DNA from: Dimorphilus gyrociliatus
Lineage: Eukaryota; Animalia; Annelida
Direction of reading: 5' to 3'
Assembly (NCBI GenBank): GCA_904063045.1
Contig: CAJFCJ010000001.1
Coordinates: forward strand, 186,001-250,000
DNA: 64,000 bases
Shown here: in pieces, positions 34,954-48,797 of the stretch
How positions within the stretch are numbered: the first letter of the stretch is position 1
How the letters are laid out: each line of letters begins with the position of its first letter
The notes under the pieces: model-generated
Seen by the model: the letters and a program-made list of their open reading frames with translations, nothing else
Told to the model about the DNA's origin: nothing
Database searches by the model: none
Program-made: the position numbers and the translations under genes

Positions 34954-37547
34954 TTTATTGAAATATATCAAAGATTATTTATCGAAAACCAATTCGTTTA
35001 GCTTTTTTCTTTTTTTGCTCTTCCTATGCTTAAATGGACAATTAGATGTTGAATTATAGGCCTTAATCCATGGCCAAACTTTTCTGAGATGTAGGCTTAA
35101 ATTACTATATATGTGACAAAAAACAATTATACAAATTTTAATTTGTCCTCCCTATATCCATATAGATTAGATTTATTATTCATTAAATACATTGATAATC
35201 TTTTTGTTTCTACTTTTCTTTTCACTCTTTCCTGATAGCTAGAGAAGAGGAAGTTAGTATTAGTGAATGAGAATAGCATGTGGTAGAATCTTTATTCAAC
35301 ATAATCTTCTGATCATGACGGGAAGCGAATAATAAAATAGAATTCTCGATAAAAACCAGCTTAGTTGCTTTCCTCGATTGGCTTTAATAAGTAATAGAAA
35401 ACTGATAGCGAAGAGGTAAGTAATAGTCTCTGGTTAAAGTGTACACTAGATACCCGATAGATGGCGTCACAGTTAGGTATTTTTTAACGAGTTACTGGGA
35501 TGATAATATTTTTATCGTATTGTTCTAGAAACGGCAATCACTTCGGTGAGGATTAAAAACTAGAATAAACATATTACATTTATTCATTTATTCTTGATTT
35601 CCCCCCTCCGCTCATATCGTATTTAGCAGGGTTATCAAATAATAATCCGTAATTTCCTCTTAATTCTAATTTGTAAATTTTATATACATTTGCAAGATTC
35701 TCTTTCGCAAGAATTAGAGCTTAGTCAATAGATTAAATTGATAAACAAGATTATTATATTCCAATATTTCTGAGAATAGTTTGACTTTTTTTATATACGC
35801 TTTGTAAGGACGCATATAAAGCGAATAATAAATAAAGAAGGAAGAATAATAAGTTGATAGAGATCAATAAGCATAGTACTTAATTAAGATAGGTTTCTTA
35901 ATTAAATACAATGAATTATATAGTTTACTCATTCGTTAATAGGTTGTATATTGCCTTGTAAATGTCTTTTCTATGGTATAAAGCTGAAAAAAACACTGCT
36001 GATATATATATTTATACAGTAAGTAATAAAAATTTATAGGGAAATGACTATTCCAAAGGAAATTAATCTATATAAGGAAGTTTGTTACATAGAAAATTGA
36101 AAAAAGCTTTCGTTAGATTAACCAGTAAAGAGATCGGTAAAGGGTCAAAAAGTTAAATGGGAATTTTCTGCTCAATTTCTTGAAAATTGGAAGAAGGACC
36201 CTCGAAAAATTTTAGCATTTTTATTAATATTTTTTTTCATTCTCCCTTTCCCTTTTAATAAAAGATAATATTTTTGTATTAAAGGTGGGTAACATTTTTA
36301 GAGTAATATCAAATATTTGAATAAGATCTAAGTATAGTAGAAATTTATTAAAACCTTTTGGAAAAAGTGTTTATTTGACCTAGAAAAAAAAATTTGTGAA
36401 TTAAAAACTCTTTTTCAATTAATTTTTTTATTATCCTATTAAAATTAATTTATTAATATTAATATTCTGTAAATTCAAAATAGATTTGAATAAAAAATGT
36501 TATAGTTCCTGACCTATGACGTAATCTTTAAAGGTTAAATAGTTTGATCTTGTTGGTTGGAGATAAAAGTAAAAAACAAAAATAGAATAAAACAACTACT
36601 ACCTGTTTTTACTTTTTCTATTTTATACAGAGCGTATTCTCTTTTTCTTTATATTTAATTTTATTATTTATTGTAGTCAGAATTAAATCTTAAACTGATA
36701 AAAGATGGAAATTTGATACAAAAAATCCAAGATAGAATAACAAAAGGGGAGAACGATCTTACCAAGAGATACGAAGCTATTCACCTCAAAAGTATTTCTA
36801 AATAATAAGGCCTAGAACTAATATTATCAAAATATTAATATTACTGTTTGCTTAGAAATGAAATACACTGAATTAAATTATGTGGTTCTTAATTGACGAG
36901 AATTAGTAAATATCCACGAGATGTCGCCGTGCCTTGTATTAACTAAAGTGATTTCTTATTGTTATTTTTTTTTTATCACTGGGTTTACTTCTTTCATATC
37001 GTACGATACATTTATTTACTTGTTTAAGCTACTTTCTCAATTAGAATACACTTAAAACGTCATAAAACGCCTATTAGTTTATTTATAGAGAAGAATTTTA
37101 GTCGAATTTTTTATTTTTTCGGTTTTCTTTTCCTTTTCCACTGAAAATTTCATCTAAATTGAGCCCCTTTTACATGTCTTTTATTAACGGAGCGTGAGAA
37201 AAAAAGGGGGAAAAGAGTGTAAAGAGAAGAGGGGGGTAGTTGTAAGGAAGCGAAGGGGCTATGAAAAGAGAGAAAGACTAAGAAACTGGCAGAGAATTGA
37301 GAGAGGGGGGACAAGTAGGAAAGAATAGCGACAGATGGAAGTAAAAATGAGCGGTTAAGAAAGGTCTGGTTTATGTGAAAAAAAAGCTGAGGTAAAAGTT
37401 GATGTGGATGCTTTGACAGGTCCCGTTCAATAAACGTTGTTATTTACGACCGTTTTTTCTTCGAGTGCTATCGACCTGGATTTTTTCGTAGCAACTACTT
37501 TTTTCTTTCTTTCTCTCGCGTGCTTTCTCACTCATTCACCCTCTGTC

Positions 37548-37555
<8 letters not shown>

Positions 37556-37580
<25 letters not shown>
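37556..37580. repeat. (CT)n microsatellite upstream of slit
   Basis: Direct reading; ~420 nt before the slit ATG. Confidence 0.9.
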
Positions 37581-38002
37581 TTCTATCTATCAATCTAGTA
37601 TTTACAGTATCTTCATTGCTTCTTTGCGGTTAGTTTGCAAGGAATATGACTGTGGACGCTGCAGGTGGTGTCCGAATTAGTTAGTTACCCGGGGTTAAGC
37701 GGTTTCTTTTGAACTAGATAGCAAATGCTTAAGTTGAAAAGGGATGAATAAGAAGGGGGCATCCGGACGATCAAAATCGATTCTAAGGCAGGTTGGAAGA
37801 AGAAGAGAAGAATGATAATCCAACCCGCCTATAAGATTAGGGATAATCGTATGCATGAGTTTCTTTCCTAGCCCTCGATTGATGTCCGCGGCGTTTCGTG
37901 TTTTTGTTCACAAATTACTTGCAGGGGTTGAAAAACGATCTAGAGCGCCACCTAGCAACTTCTTTTCTTCATATCACCGTCGGACATGGCGTGATTTTAA
38001 CG

Positions 38003-41000
38003 ATGATATTTCTCTTCTCGTTCTTACTTTTCGTTGTTGGGCAATCTTCTGCCACTTTTTGTCCAGTTCCTTGCAAGTGCCAAGGTCATTCCGTGGACTG
38101 CAGTTACAGATCCTTAAAATTCATACCCGCGCTTGTCAAGACAGTGGAGCGGGTGGATCTGCAGGGAAATAATCTTACGATTATCCGTAAATTGGATTTC
38201 TCTGGTCTTAAACATTTAAAAATACTCCAACTACTCGACAATCAAATAGAAGAAATTGAATCTGGAAGTTTTGACGATTTGGTCTCTTTACTTAGATTGC
38301 GTTTGAACAGGAATAAGCTGAAACGTCTACCGGACGGATTGTTTACGTATACACCGAAGCTATATAGACTGTAAGTAGCGTTGATATTAACTCTCCAACG
38401 TCTTACCTGTACAATAGAAAGCCTACTTATCAGCACCAAATTAAAATATTTCGCAGCAGTGCGCCATCAATATCTACCAACCTTATCACCCATTAATCAA
38501 TCATTCTTTTTACAGGGATTTGAGCTATAATCGTATCGAATCGGTAGGAAGGAATACGTTTAGAGGAGTACCGTTATTAAGGAATTTGTAAGTGCATAAA
38601 ACTAATCAGAAGTGAACTATCAATTTTCTGAGCGTTCTGTTTCATTGTAAGGGCCGTTGTTTACTCTGCTCGAATGTAAACAGATCTTGTACAAGCTCTG
38701 TTTATTCTGCCCTATCCGACGCATTCAAATCGGGCACGATTTTCGAATTTTCTATTATTTATATACGACCCGATCGTATTCGGTCGCTAATTGCCTTCAT
38801 TACCCAAAGACCCTCTTTTTCTTTTCTACTTTCAGGCAATTGGATAATAACCAACTAAAATGCATTTCCGGCCTTCGTCAGTTAATCCACCTAGAGATAC
38901 TAACCGTCAACAAGAACCAACTGCAAACTCTACCCAACCGCATGCTTTCCGGTATGAAAAAATTGCGGGTGGCTAGGGTGGGCGATAACCAACTGATATG
39001 CGATTGCCGTCTTTCCTGGTTGGCGGAGTGGCTGAGAGCTAATCCGACTCTGGCGCTCTATACGCGCTGTTCCTCCCCGAAGGCAGTAAAGAACAGGCAG
39101 ATCGCCGAACTACGGCCCTCTCAACTCGAGTGCCCGCCTCGCGGCCCCCCTCAATCCCGCTATTGTCCTCAACAGTCCGACGATTGTCCGTCTGGTTGTA
39201 AATGCTCGAAAAGGGTCGTCGAATGCCGTTCCAAATCCTTGAATAAGGTACCTGAAAGGATGCCGGCGGATACGCACGAGATAATTTTGGAAAGGAATCA
39301 GATAACTAGGGTTAAGGATAGGTCGTTCGTTTCTTTAAGGAATGTAAGAAGGTTGGATTTGAGTAATAATAAGATAGAAAAGATAGAAGAAGAGGCTTTC
39401 GCAGGATTATCTCTACTCACTTCCCTTGTACTCTATGCTAATAAGTTGACAGAGCTACCAACAAACGTTTTCAAGGGCCTTCGATCATTACAGCTACTGT
39501 AAGTATCACTTTGCAATATATTCGTACTTGAATAAAAAAAGAAAGATGATTCTATAAAACGTCTGAAAACCAAAAAAAAAGCCAAAGAAAATTTTTGTGG
39601 GAAAAAAAAAGTATAGAAGAGGAGAAACGTGATTCGGCAAGGCGTTTCTCACAGAGTGATTTGGCTAATTTAACCGAGGTCGGTTGTTATAGTATCTAGA
39701 GCCGATTTTGTAGAGAAACTGCCTACAAGTTTATTATACACAATATACACAAAATCTTTCAGCCTAAGGGTCGAGTCGAACTTTTTATACCTCTTTTCGT
39801 TATCTAATCTTGTTTTTCTTATTCAAAACAGGCTGCTTAACGCCAACAAACTTAAATGCGTCGACACGAACGTTTTCAAACCACTCACTAGCCTAAATCT
39901 GCTATCGCTTTACGATAACGACATAAAAACTTTAGGCAATGGTACCTTTTCGTCTCTGAACAATATCCAGACTTTACATTTGGCGCGCAATCCATTTATC
40001 TGCGACTGCAATTTGCGTTGGCTTAGCGAGTATATTCACGAGCATCCGATTGAGACGAGTGGAGCTAGATGCCATTCTCCTGCTCGGATGCACAGGAAAA
40101 AGCTGAGTGTATTAAAATCAAGCAAGTTCAAATGCAAAGGTTGGTAACATTATAATAAATTCATAGTTTCTTTATACGGTATAAGGAATACTACATACTG
40201 TAATGTTTATATACACTCTTGTATTGTGTTATATTGTATGTTAACAAATGTTTAATATGGATTATCGCTTTCGTTCTAATCAAGATAGCTTTATAAGTAT
40301 CGAGTCACGTGATTATTCTTATTTAACGTGGCAAGAAGCGTCAATTGAAGGCTAAACGTTATACCAGAAAAGATTAGCGAAGGAAGCGTCTACTATATAA
40401 TAGTTTATTAGCGGCTGTTATTGGAGAATGTATGGAGGAAAATGAATCACGCGGAACTGCATGAGTCACGATCCCGGACCACTTTTAAATAAAAGAAGGT
40501 TGAAAGGGCGAGATATTTGCAAAATCCACAAATTATTTTGTAATTAGTTTAGAGAAAAGCGAATATTTCAATTAAAAAGGAAAAATAATTTACAAGATAG
40601 AAATCATTACGTGAGGAAAATTGTTTAAAAATATAATTAGGGTTCTCATATTTAATTCATTACGGGGATATGGCGATTGTATACGCATTGTAAATATAAC
40701 GAATCGAGGGCGGCAGCCTGTCTGTTATCTGAAAAGCAAATCTGTACTCGCACCGCTTAATTGTGCGCGCCGGTCTATTGTGCCCGCAATTATCGTAATA
40801 GGAGAGGTTTTTCTAAAGGGCGGTTTCGACTGTTACTAATCGTAAAAACAGGTTTTTATTATTTCGGACCGTTATACGAAACAGACGGCATCCGAACTTT
40901 ATCGGTCTAACGAGCCTCGCCAAATTTCTTCGAGAGTAAATTTCTTCTCAAAATACTTTACGAGTTCGTCAGGCGTCCGCCCGCACCCTCAATTCCTCTG

Positions 41001-44000
41001 AAGAAGAGGAGAGAGAGGGCGGAACAATAAACAAACAAATAAAAGGGAAAGGGAAAATTCTTTCCTTTTCTATCAACCTATCTATCTATCTAACCGCCTC
41101 TTTATAGCTTTCCTTCCTACCCTCTTTTTCTATCTTCATTTTTCTCATTCTTTTATTTGCACAGCAAACGATCCTAAACCAACTGGTCTTTGCAAAACTC
41201 CTACCGTCCAAAAATGCCCGTCAGCCTGCAGTTGTTCTGGCACGATCGTAGATTGCTCCAACAGGGATTTGGAAACCGTTCCGGTCGGTTTGGACGCCGG
41301 TAGCACGCACCTTAAGCTGTCGGGAAATCGAATTAGGAGTGTGGAACGATTTGATGAGCTGATAAATTTGCAGTCGGTCGACTTGAATAATAATTTTATC
41401 GAAAAGATTGTCGACGGTGCGTTTAGCGCTCTCCAGAATTTACAGGAACTGAAATTGAGCGGAAATAAACTGACATTCGTTAATCATAAGATTTTAGAGA
41501 AAATGAAGAAATTGCAGTTGTTGTACGTTCTTTTATCTTCAATAAGCTCAGATATTTGCTGTATACATTTCTATTCCTTTTGTTTCCTTTATCAGAGACC
41601 TTTCTTCTAACAAGATCCGATGCGTCAACAATCGTACATTCTCCGGCTTAACCCGATTATACAGCCTTAGGCTGGATAAAAATGCTATAGGCTGTATAGA
41701 ACCGTCTACGTTTGATCAACTACCAGAACTAACAAACGTTGAATTAAATGGCAATCCATTTCAGTGTAATTGTCATCTGATAGGTTTGAGATTGTTCTTG
41801 AAAGATACTGGAATAGGTGGAGCTGTCTGCTCTTCTCCGCAAAATTTAGCTAATCGGAGATTGGATGTGCTAAAAGAATTTGATTTGAAATGTCCCAAAG
41901 ATTCTAACGAGGTGGGTTGTCACGGTGGGATACCCCCCTGCTGCGCTCCCGATGGGCGTCTGGCAGAAAGAATAGTCTGCGATAAGAAAGCATCCTGCCC
42001 GAAAAAGTGTACATGCACAAGATCAGTTGTCAGGTGTTCCAGCGCAGGACTAAAACAAATTCCATCTGATATACCTTCTGATACAACTGAATTGTACGTG
42101 GATCATAACAATATCCAAGAGATTCGACCCGACGTAATCTCTTCTTTACCTAAGCATCTCCAACGTTTAGATTTATCTGATAATCAAATTGTTTCCCTCC
42201 CGAGTAAAGCCTTCGCTAATCTCACGAAATTGACAGGACTCTTCCTAACCTTTAACAAACTTCAATGTATTCAAGCTGACTCATTCGATGGATTAGATGA
42301 ACTTTTAGTACTATCTTTGCATGGAAATCAATTATCAACTGTACCTTACGGTACTTTCTCTCATCTTCCCAGAATTAGAAATGTCGGCCTGGGAGCGAAC
42401 CCGTTTTATTGTGATTGCAATTTAAAATGGCTCGCTGACTGGCTGAAGGCGGGTGATAAAGATCCGGGTATTACTACTTGTGCTGGTCCTAAAGGAATGG
42501 AAAAAAAGCTGTTGACATCCACAGCTAGTAAGCAATTTATATGCGATTCGAAGACGCTCGACGAATCGATCCTGTCGAAATGTAACGCCTGCTACAGAAA
42601 ACCGTGCTCGAACGGCGCCAAATGCGAATTATTGACCTACGACAAGTACAAATGCATCTGCGCGGCCGGTTACCACGGAGATAAGTGTGAGAAACGGATA
42701 GATTCATGTTTCGGTCAGCCATGCATGAATTCGGCGACCTGTAAGGCTTTGGACAAAGGTAGATTTCAATGTATTTGCCCCAAGGGTTTCAAAGGTGATA
42801 GGTGTGAAACTAATATTGATGATTGCGAGGAAAACAAATGTGAGAATGGAAGTAAATGTATAGACGGGATCAATACGTATATGTGCTCATGCCCAGAAGG
42901 TTGGTCCGGAAGGTTTTGCTCTGAGGAACGCGAATTATGTGCCGACTATAATCCTTGTAAAAACAATGCCAAATGCAAGAGGGACTCTGGTGTTAAATGG
43001 GGATATTCGTGCTACCCGTGCCCGAGGGGTTGGACGGGAAGGAATTGTTCTGTGAACGTAGACGATTGTGAAAGGAATTTGTGTAGAAACGGCGCCACCT
43101 GTCAAGACCTATTAGACGGTTATAAGTGCTTGTGTGCGGCTGGTTTTACGGGAGGATTCTGTGAGAGGGCGCCTTTGTATGTTGATTCATCAATAGACGC
43201 CTGTTCTTATCATGATTGTAGAAACGGAGGTGTATGTAGAAAGAAGTCCTTCTCTGACTATGAGTGTCGCTGCCCTTCCGGTTTCGGTGGTAAGAAGTGC
43301 GAGAAACTTACTTCAGTCTCATTTGTAGAAAAGGATTCGTACTTAAAAATCTCTCCTAATCAACCTCTGCCATTCAATTTGTCCTTAATTTTGCGAACTC
43401 GTCAATCAACGGGAGTTATTTTATACAGCGGTAAAGGTGGCAAACATCACATTGCTGTGGAAATTTATAGAGGTCGAATTAGAGCTTCGTTTAACGTTCA
43501 TGAGTTTGATCTGAACATGTATAGTTACGATAAAGTGGATGATGGGCGGCCGCACTCTTTAGAAATAAAAGCCGAAAAAGGTAGACTAGCAATGTCGGTT
43601 AATAAAGGTCTAACAAAGAGTGTTGGTGATTCTATATCGTCAACATCGTTTTCATCACCACTATATCTAGGCGGGCTAAGTGACTGGCTAAATGGCAACG
43701 TAACAAGATGGCAAATAAAGAACGCTCGTTCCTTTTCCGGTTGTTTTGAGAGGATATTACTAAATGGCGATTCGTTAAATATGAATGACATATTGGGTAG
43801 AAGCGGGGTAGCTCCAGGATGTAGCAGATCGGAGGTTATAGGGGAAAGTGAGAGAGCTTCCAACCCATGTAAATCACACAAGTGTCAAAAGGGTCGATGC
43901 GTGCCAGTTGGCTCAGGCATGGCTTACAAATGTCAATGTATAAAAGGCTATTTAGGTCCAACTTGCGAACGTCCACCAACTTGTAATGCAGTCGAATATC

Positions 44001-44206
44001 GAGCGGTTTATAAGGATCCAAGAACAGGCTGCAGGACCAAAAGAAAAGTTAAACACAGAAGATGCGAAGGAAGATGCGGGGGTTCCCTTTGCTGTAAACC
44101 GAGAAAGATAAAGACAAGAAGGGTTCATATGCGGTGTAGAAACGGCAGGAGGTATATTCACCGCATGCCAGTAATCAGGAAATGCGCTTGTAAAAAGTGT
44201 TCATAA
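38003..44206 (+). CDS. slit: Slit axon-guidance ligand, complete 6-exon model, ~1459 aa
   Basis: Exons 38003-38370, 38516-38587 (72-nt single-LRR exon), 38836-39498, 39832-40139, 41165-41522, 41596-44206, phase-consistent. Signal [17 protein letters not shown], four LRR domains with Cys caps, six EGF repeats, laminin-G, one EGF, C-terminal cystine knot. Confidence 0.97.
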
Positions 44207-44782
44207 TAACAAAACGTGTAATAAGAGGAAGGATATAAAACGGGAGGAGGATCGTTCGTCGTCAGTATTCTTTCAAGATGCTGTGTGAGATTTTATTTTT
44301 TTTTTTTTGGTTGCCGCGCTTTTTCCATTACCTTACATAAAATTAATAAATTACATGAATATATAAATACATTCATAACAATCTAAAGTAACATATAATT
44401 CAGTCACCAATCGACTTACCTCTAAAATTTGTTTTTTTTTCGAGTTTACTAAGCCTATAACTGCAATGTTTGTCCTTTGTATATTATTCGAAAAAAATGT
44501 GATTGTATACTGTTTTACAATTTATTTTGTATGTTCTTTAGATTTAGAGAGATTGTGTAGTTTTTCGGTGTTGTGAGATTTAATAAAATTAAGTATATTG
44601 ATGCGCTTTTAATGCTTGTTATATGTTTGATAGATTATCTCCTAAGTCTATCGTTGGTTACGCCATCTATATTATTTTACAGAAAACAAATTAATTTTTT
44701 CTACAGTAAACATTTGGGAAAAGAGACTCTTAAATAAATAGAATATGAGAAGGCTAAAAGCATATAATTAGTTCAAAAAGTG

Positions 44783-45727
44783 TTACTTTTTTCCATTTGA
44801 CTTTCCAAAGCCGTTCAATCTTAATCCGTAAAGCCTTTTATTGTTCAAAAGGGGACTAAAGTGATTCAAGCTCGCTCCAATATGCCTTTTATCTGAGATC
44901 CAAGAGTTAAGAGTAGCGCCTAGATGCCGTTTTCCCGGTAGCTCAGTTTCATCGGCATATCGCCAATTACCAAGATCCATTGGTGCCTGACGTTTACCAC
45001 TGGGCTTGAAGCCAGCACCAAAAGCCGCTCCTATATGACGCTTTTCGAAAGCGTCAGAAACCTAAAAAGAAGAAATAGATTAAGCCAAATAGACGTTGAT
45101 ATCAATAACAAACAAAGCTTTACTGATTAAATACATATATAAAAAGACACGTAGTAGAATTAAAAAGAAGGGAAATGGTATAAATTGTTTTGGACATTAG
45201 TTGTAATTTATCTGCAAAACATTTTTACTCTAGCGTTCAAATAAACAACCATCGTCGATGATGAATGGATGATAAATGCATTAAACGAGTTTGCACCGAA
45301 TGCTAACCAAATGCTTAGAAAAATCTTTGAAAGATTAATTACTAGTTTTTAGTATTCTTTTTATCAGTAGGAAGCTATTCAACACGATCATATTTAAGGT
45401 GTTTGTATACGAATGATATCTAATTAACCCATCTAAAATCTTTTATTAAGACAGTTAATGTTTTTATTTTATCACTTTAATTATCAACATTCCTATATCT
45501 CGGCTACAGTAAATCTATCCCTTGTCTCCGTGATGTCTCTATTTTGTTTTCTTTTCTCTTCATCTTTCCTTTTTAGATAAATTACATTATAGCAATTTTA
45601 CTAACTTGTAAGTTCGGAAATGAACAAAGTCTAAAAAAGTGACTTAAGAGTTTTTTCAAAAAGAAAACAGTTTTAAATTCTTTTTCTTTTTGTACTATTC
45701 AGAGTTTTGTATAAAGAAATAGAGAGA

Positions 45728-45767
<40 letters not shown>

Positions 45768-46499
45768 AACAGCAGAAGCCCCTTACATATGTAAGTTAAT
45801 TAGCCCGTACTTATTTTAGCCAAAAAAAATCACGAGGTTGTGAAATAAAAAAAAAGACCAAGTAAAAGTGGAGATTTTCCATTTGGTCCATCGTCTGCAA
45901 AATTATCAGGCAAGGAAATTTCTACTTTATTATTGGTATCATTTTTCTAAATTAAAATCAAAGTGGCGTAGATTAATTGCTTGAGAAGTTTAATCTTATA
46001 TTTCTTTTAAGCCTATAGTTTTCCCATACTTTTACCGCAAATTTAAACATATTATAAAAGTATTTTATGAGGTGAACTAATCGACATCTAATAAATCGAA
46101 TTATTGACTATAATCTTTTAAGTGGTTTACTTAAAGAACGACGCTTACTACCATACAAAATGATCTTATCTATTCTGTTAGCGTCTGGATCATATGACGA
46201 GGAGTGGGCGGTAAATATTTAGTCAATATTTAAAGCTGAAGTGAAGTGAAATGGTAGGGTGTGAAAGTGAGAGCTTTTTATTTCCCTGTTAGTGTTTATT
46301 AAGTGCCGATTTTATATGATCGTATAACTCTTAGAAACTTGACTTTTTATTATATTTTAAATATAGTTCAAATACTTTATATATTATTTGTAATTCGTGA
46401 CCTTGTTTGAAAACTTTTTTCTTAAGCTAATTAATAATTTGTCTGACTTACTTGAAATATCAGAAGAAGAGCGGAGATAGACCAAACGCTGATCGCCAT
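44783..46499 (-). CDS. Neuropeptide precursor with repeated H[IL]GA peptides (HIGA-like), 108 aa
   Basis: Exon 1 46452-46499 (MAISVWSISALLLIFQ, donor GTAAGT) splices in phase 0 to exon 2 44783-45061 (acceptor TTTTTAG). Product: signal peptide then KR-HIGAAFGAGFKPSG-KR-QAPMDLGNWRYADETELPG-KR-HLGATLNSWISD-KR-HIGASLNHFSPLLNN-KR-LYGLRLNGFG-K. Confidence 0.85.
45735..45762. repeat. (GA)n microsatellite in the neuropeptide gene intron
   Basis: Direct reading. Confidence 0.9.
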
Positions 46500-46982
46500 G
46501 ATGTCAACTAAGTGAGTGACGGCGAACAAACTGCAAGAAAAACCTGACGGAAAACGACACGCCCGGCGTACTGCTATGGAAATCCGATCATTTGGAACGC
46601 TGGGATATTTCTTCCATCTTTCATCTTTATTCCATAGTAGTCTTTAGAATGAAACAAAATTGAAAGGTAGTAAATATAAAGTTAGATCTTAGGAAGCTAC
46701 TTATAGGAAAATTGTAGTGTTATTTGAATCAGCTGCATTACTTGTTCCTCTCCCTAATTTGTAAATTACTTCTTTGTAAATTATTATTTATGATAATATT
46801 TTGTCATCTCGAGCTATTATTCAATAATCTATATTTTTTATTCTGTTTTCATCTTTCACTCTCATAAAAACTCTGTTGCGTAAGCTATATCATAATTGTT
46901 TTACATTTCATATTTGAGCCATAGATGGCGTCACTGTAAAAATAAAACGTTGTTGATCTTTATTATATATATATTATAATAT

Positions 46983-47025
<43 letters not shown>

Positions 47026-47726
47026 CTGAATGGATTTAGTTAATTCCTATTATAAATAATAATATATCATTCAACTGTAACTAATACATTACTTAGCTTA
47101 ATTAAAAGTAAACAAAATGTTTGAAATTTCTCTTTTAATCAAATTTAAAATAAACTTGAAAATAATGTTCTAATAATAAAGAAAACTAAGTCCAAGTTTA
47201 AACATACTTAAGGTAGAAATCATTCAATTCGAGTGGTTTAAGGTTATATGAATAGAGTGTTTTTTTTTTTTAATATAATGTATATATATATATTTTCTTC
47301 ACGATTTCTCATATCTTAGTCATAGCTGTGGGAAGAAAAAATCTGGGGACAACAGACAGGTAGAAAGTAAAAGAGAGGGAGAGAGAAGGAAAGATGTAGA
47401 AAGTGAAAGAAGAGAGTTTTTTCAATAATTAGTTTATCATTTAAAGTAGCTGTGTGAAAAATCAAAGATATAAGTTTAAAATATTTTCTCTATTACCTGT
47501 AAAATGAAATTACCAATTCCTTTTTATTTTGATATTTTTCTTTGCTAGATTACCTACGAAGACGCAGATTCAAAAGTACTTTAGGCAGTTATTTAGTCTT
47601 CGTTTTATTTATATTGTAAAGATTTTGGAAATAAATTTTATAAGTGAAGTATTTAACTTTAGTTTAAATAGAGTCCGACAGTATTTAATATAATAATACT
47701 TCAAATAGAAAAACGTATAAACAATC

Positions 47727-48494
47727 TCATTTGCATAATCCAGTTTTAAGCCTTTGACCAGAAATGGCTACTTTCTTCCCCGAGATGACCGGTAATAGGT
47801 CAACTGCAGTTGTATGAGTATGAGTATGGGAATGAGGGGGTGGTGGTACCCGGGTAAACCTTGTTTGTCCAATACTCAAACCATGAAAACCACCACCCTG
47901 GTTATTTCCACGTTGAGCAACTGGAGGTTCGGACATGGTTCGTCTCTTTTCATCTTTTTCGATTTCTTCCATTCTTTGTTTTATAGCTTCTACTAGGTGG
48001 TCACTCCGGCAATCAACAAGTGGTACCGATAAAGCTGGAAGAGGATTATAATTATTGAGTTTATTCTTTTTACTTTTACTTAAGTGAAATTCTTCCAAAT
48101 TGGGTGGTTTAATTAAATGGGTCTCTTTATGTATTTTTGTTAGTTTCTTGCATTGATCAACATCGGCAGTCTTGTACAATGTTGGAGAATTTCTCTTTTT
48201 CAGAGCGTTCAAGTTTGATTTAGGTAAAGTCAAATGATGCTCAAAACTCTTCCTTATATCGAATTGGATATCTTCGCCTTTGCAAGTCTCGGTGGTTGCC
48301 ATCTTTATCTTTCGCTTAGTGGTTTTCTTCACTTTCGTTTCCAAATTAGTTCTCCAAGGAGAAAAGAACGTGAAAGGATTTTGTAGAATACTGATTTCAT
48401 TCGCTTCATCCCAATGCAGAGAAGCTAGGAAATCGATGGCTTCACCCTCTACTGCTCTGTTTTGTTCGCATGAAGGAATTCGTTCTTCATCCAT
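47727..48494 (-). CDS. Orphan basic/hydrophilic protein, 255 aa, single exon as seen
   Basis: 768-nt ATG-started ORF in AT-rich DNA, with no recognisable domain. An X-box lies ~300 nt upstream. Confidence 0.6.
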   Translation of the reverse strand: MDEERIPSCEQNRAVEGEAIDFLASLHWDEANEISILQNPFTFFSPWRTNLETKVKKTTKRKIKMATTETCKGEDIQFDIRKSFEHHLTLPKSNLNALKKRNSPTLYKTADVDQCKKLTKIHKETHLIKPPNLEEFHLSKSKKNKLNNYNPLPALSVPLVDCRSDHLVEAIKQRMEEIEKDEKRRTMSEPPVAQRGNNQGGGFHGLSIGQTRFTRVPPPPHSHTHTHTTAVDLLPVISGKKVAISGQRLKTGLCK

Positions 48495-48797
48495 ACTTTT
48501 AGACTTGTTATCCGATTAGAGGAAAACCAGAAAATAGTAAGGGTAATGAAATAAACTAAGAAAAACAAGAATCTAAAGAAGATCTGGAAGTGTGAGATTA
48601 TCCGTGTGACTAATCTTCTCGGCACCTCTATCCGTTATATTGTTCTTTGTCCAATTCCAAAAACCAAATAAACAAACTACATTAGCAGTTCAGAGAACAT
48701 AAACGACCTCTTAGGGTTGAATAAACCTTATAGTAGACCGTTAATTAAATCAGGCCAGGAGCCATATAGATCAACGCCATTTGTAAACAATATTCTG

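Noticed and set aside
37898-38002. Longer slit N-terminus from the ORF track
   Set aside because: It starts at GTG after an in-frame stop; the ATG at 38003 gives a proper signal peptide.
45230-45340. Hydrophobic minus-strand frame as an alternative signal exon for the neuropeptide gene
   Set aside because: It has no ATG before the hydrophobic stretch and only a weak donor; the exon at 46452-46499 is far better.
44618-45990. Partial resemblances to miR-190 (ATATGTTTGATA, ~44621) and miR-137 (ATTGCTTGAGAA, ~45976)
   Set aside because: The 5' and 3' ends mismatch and no complementary arm was seen.
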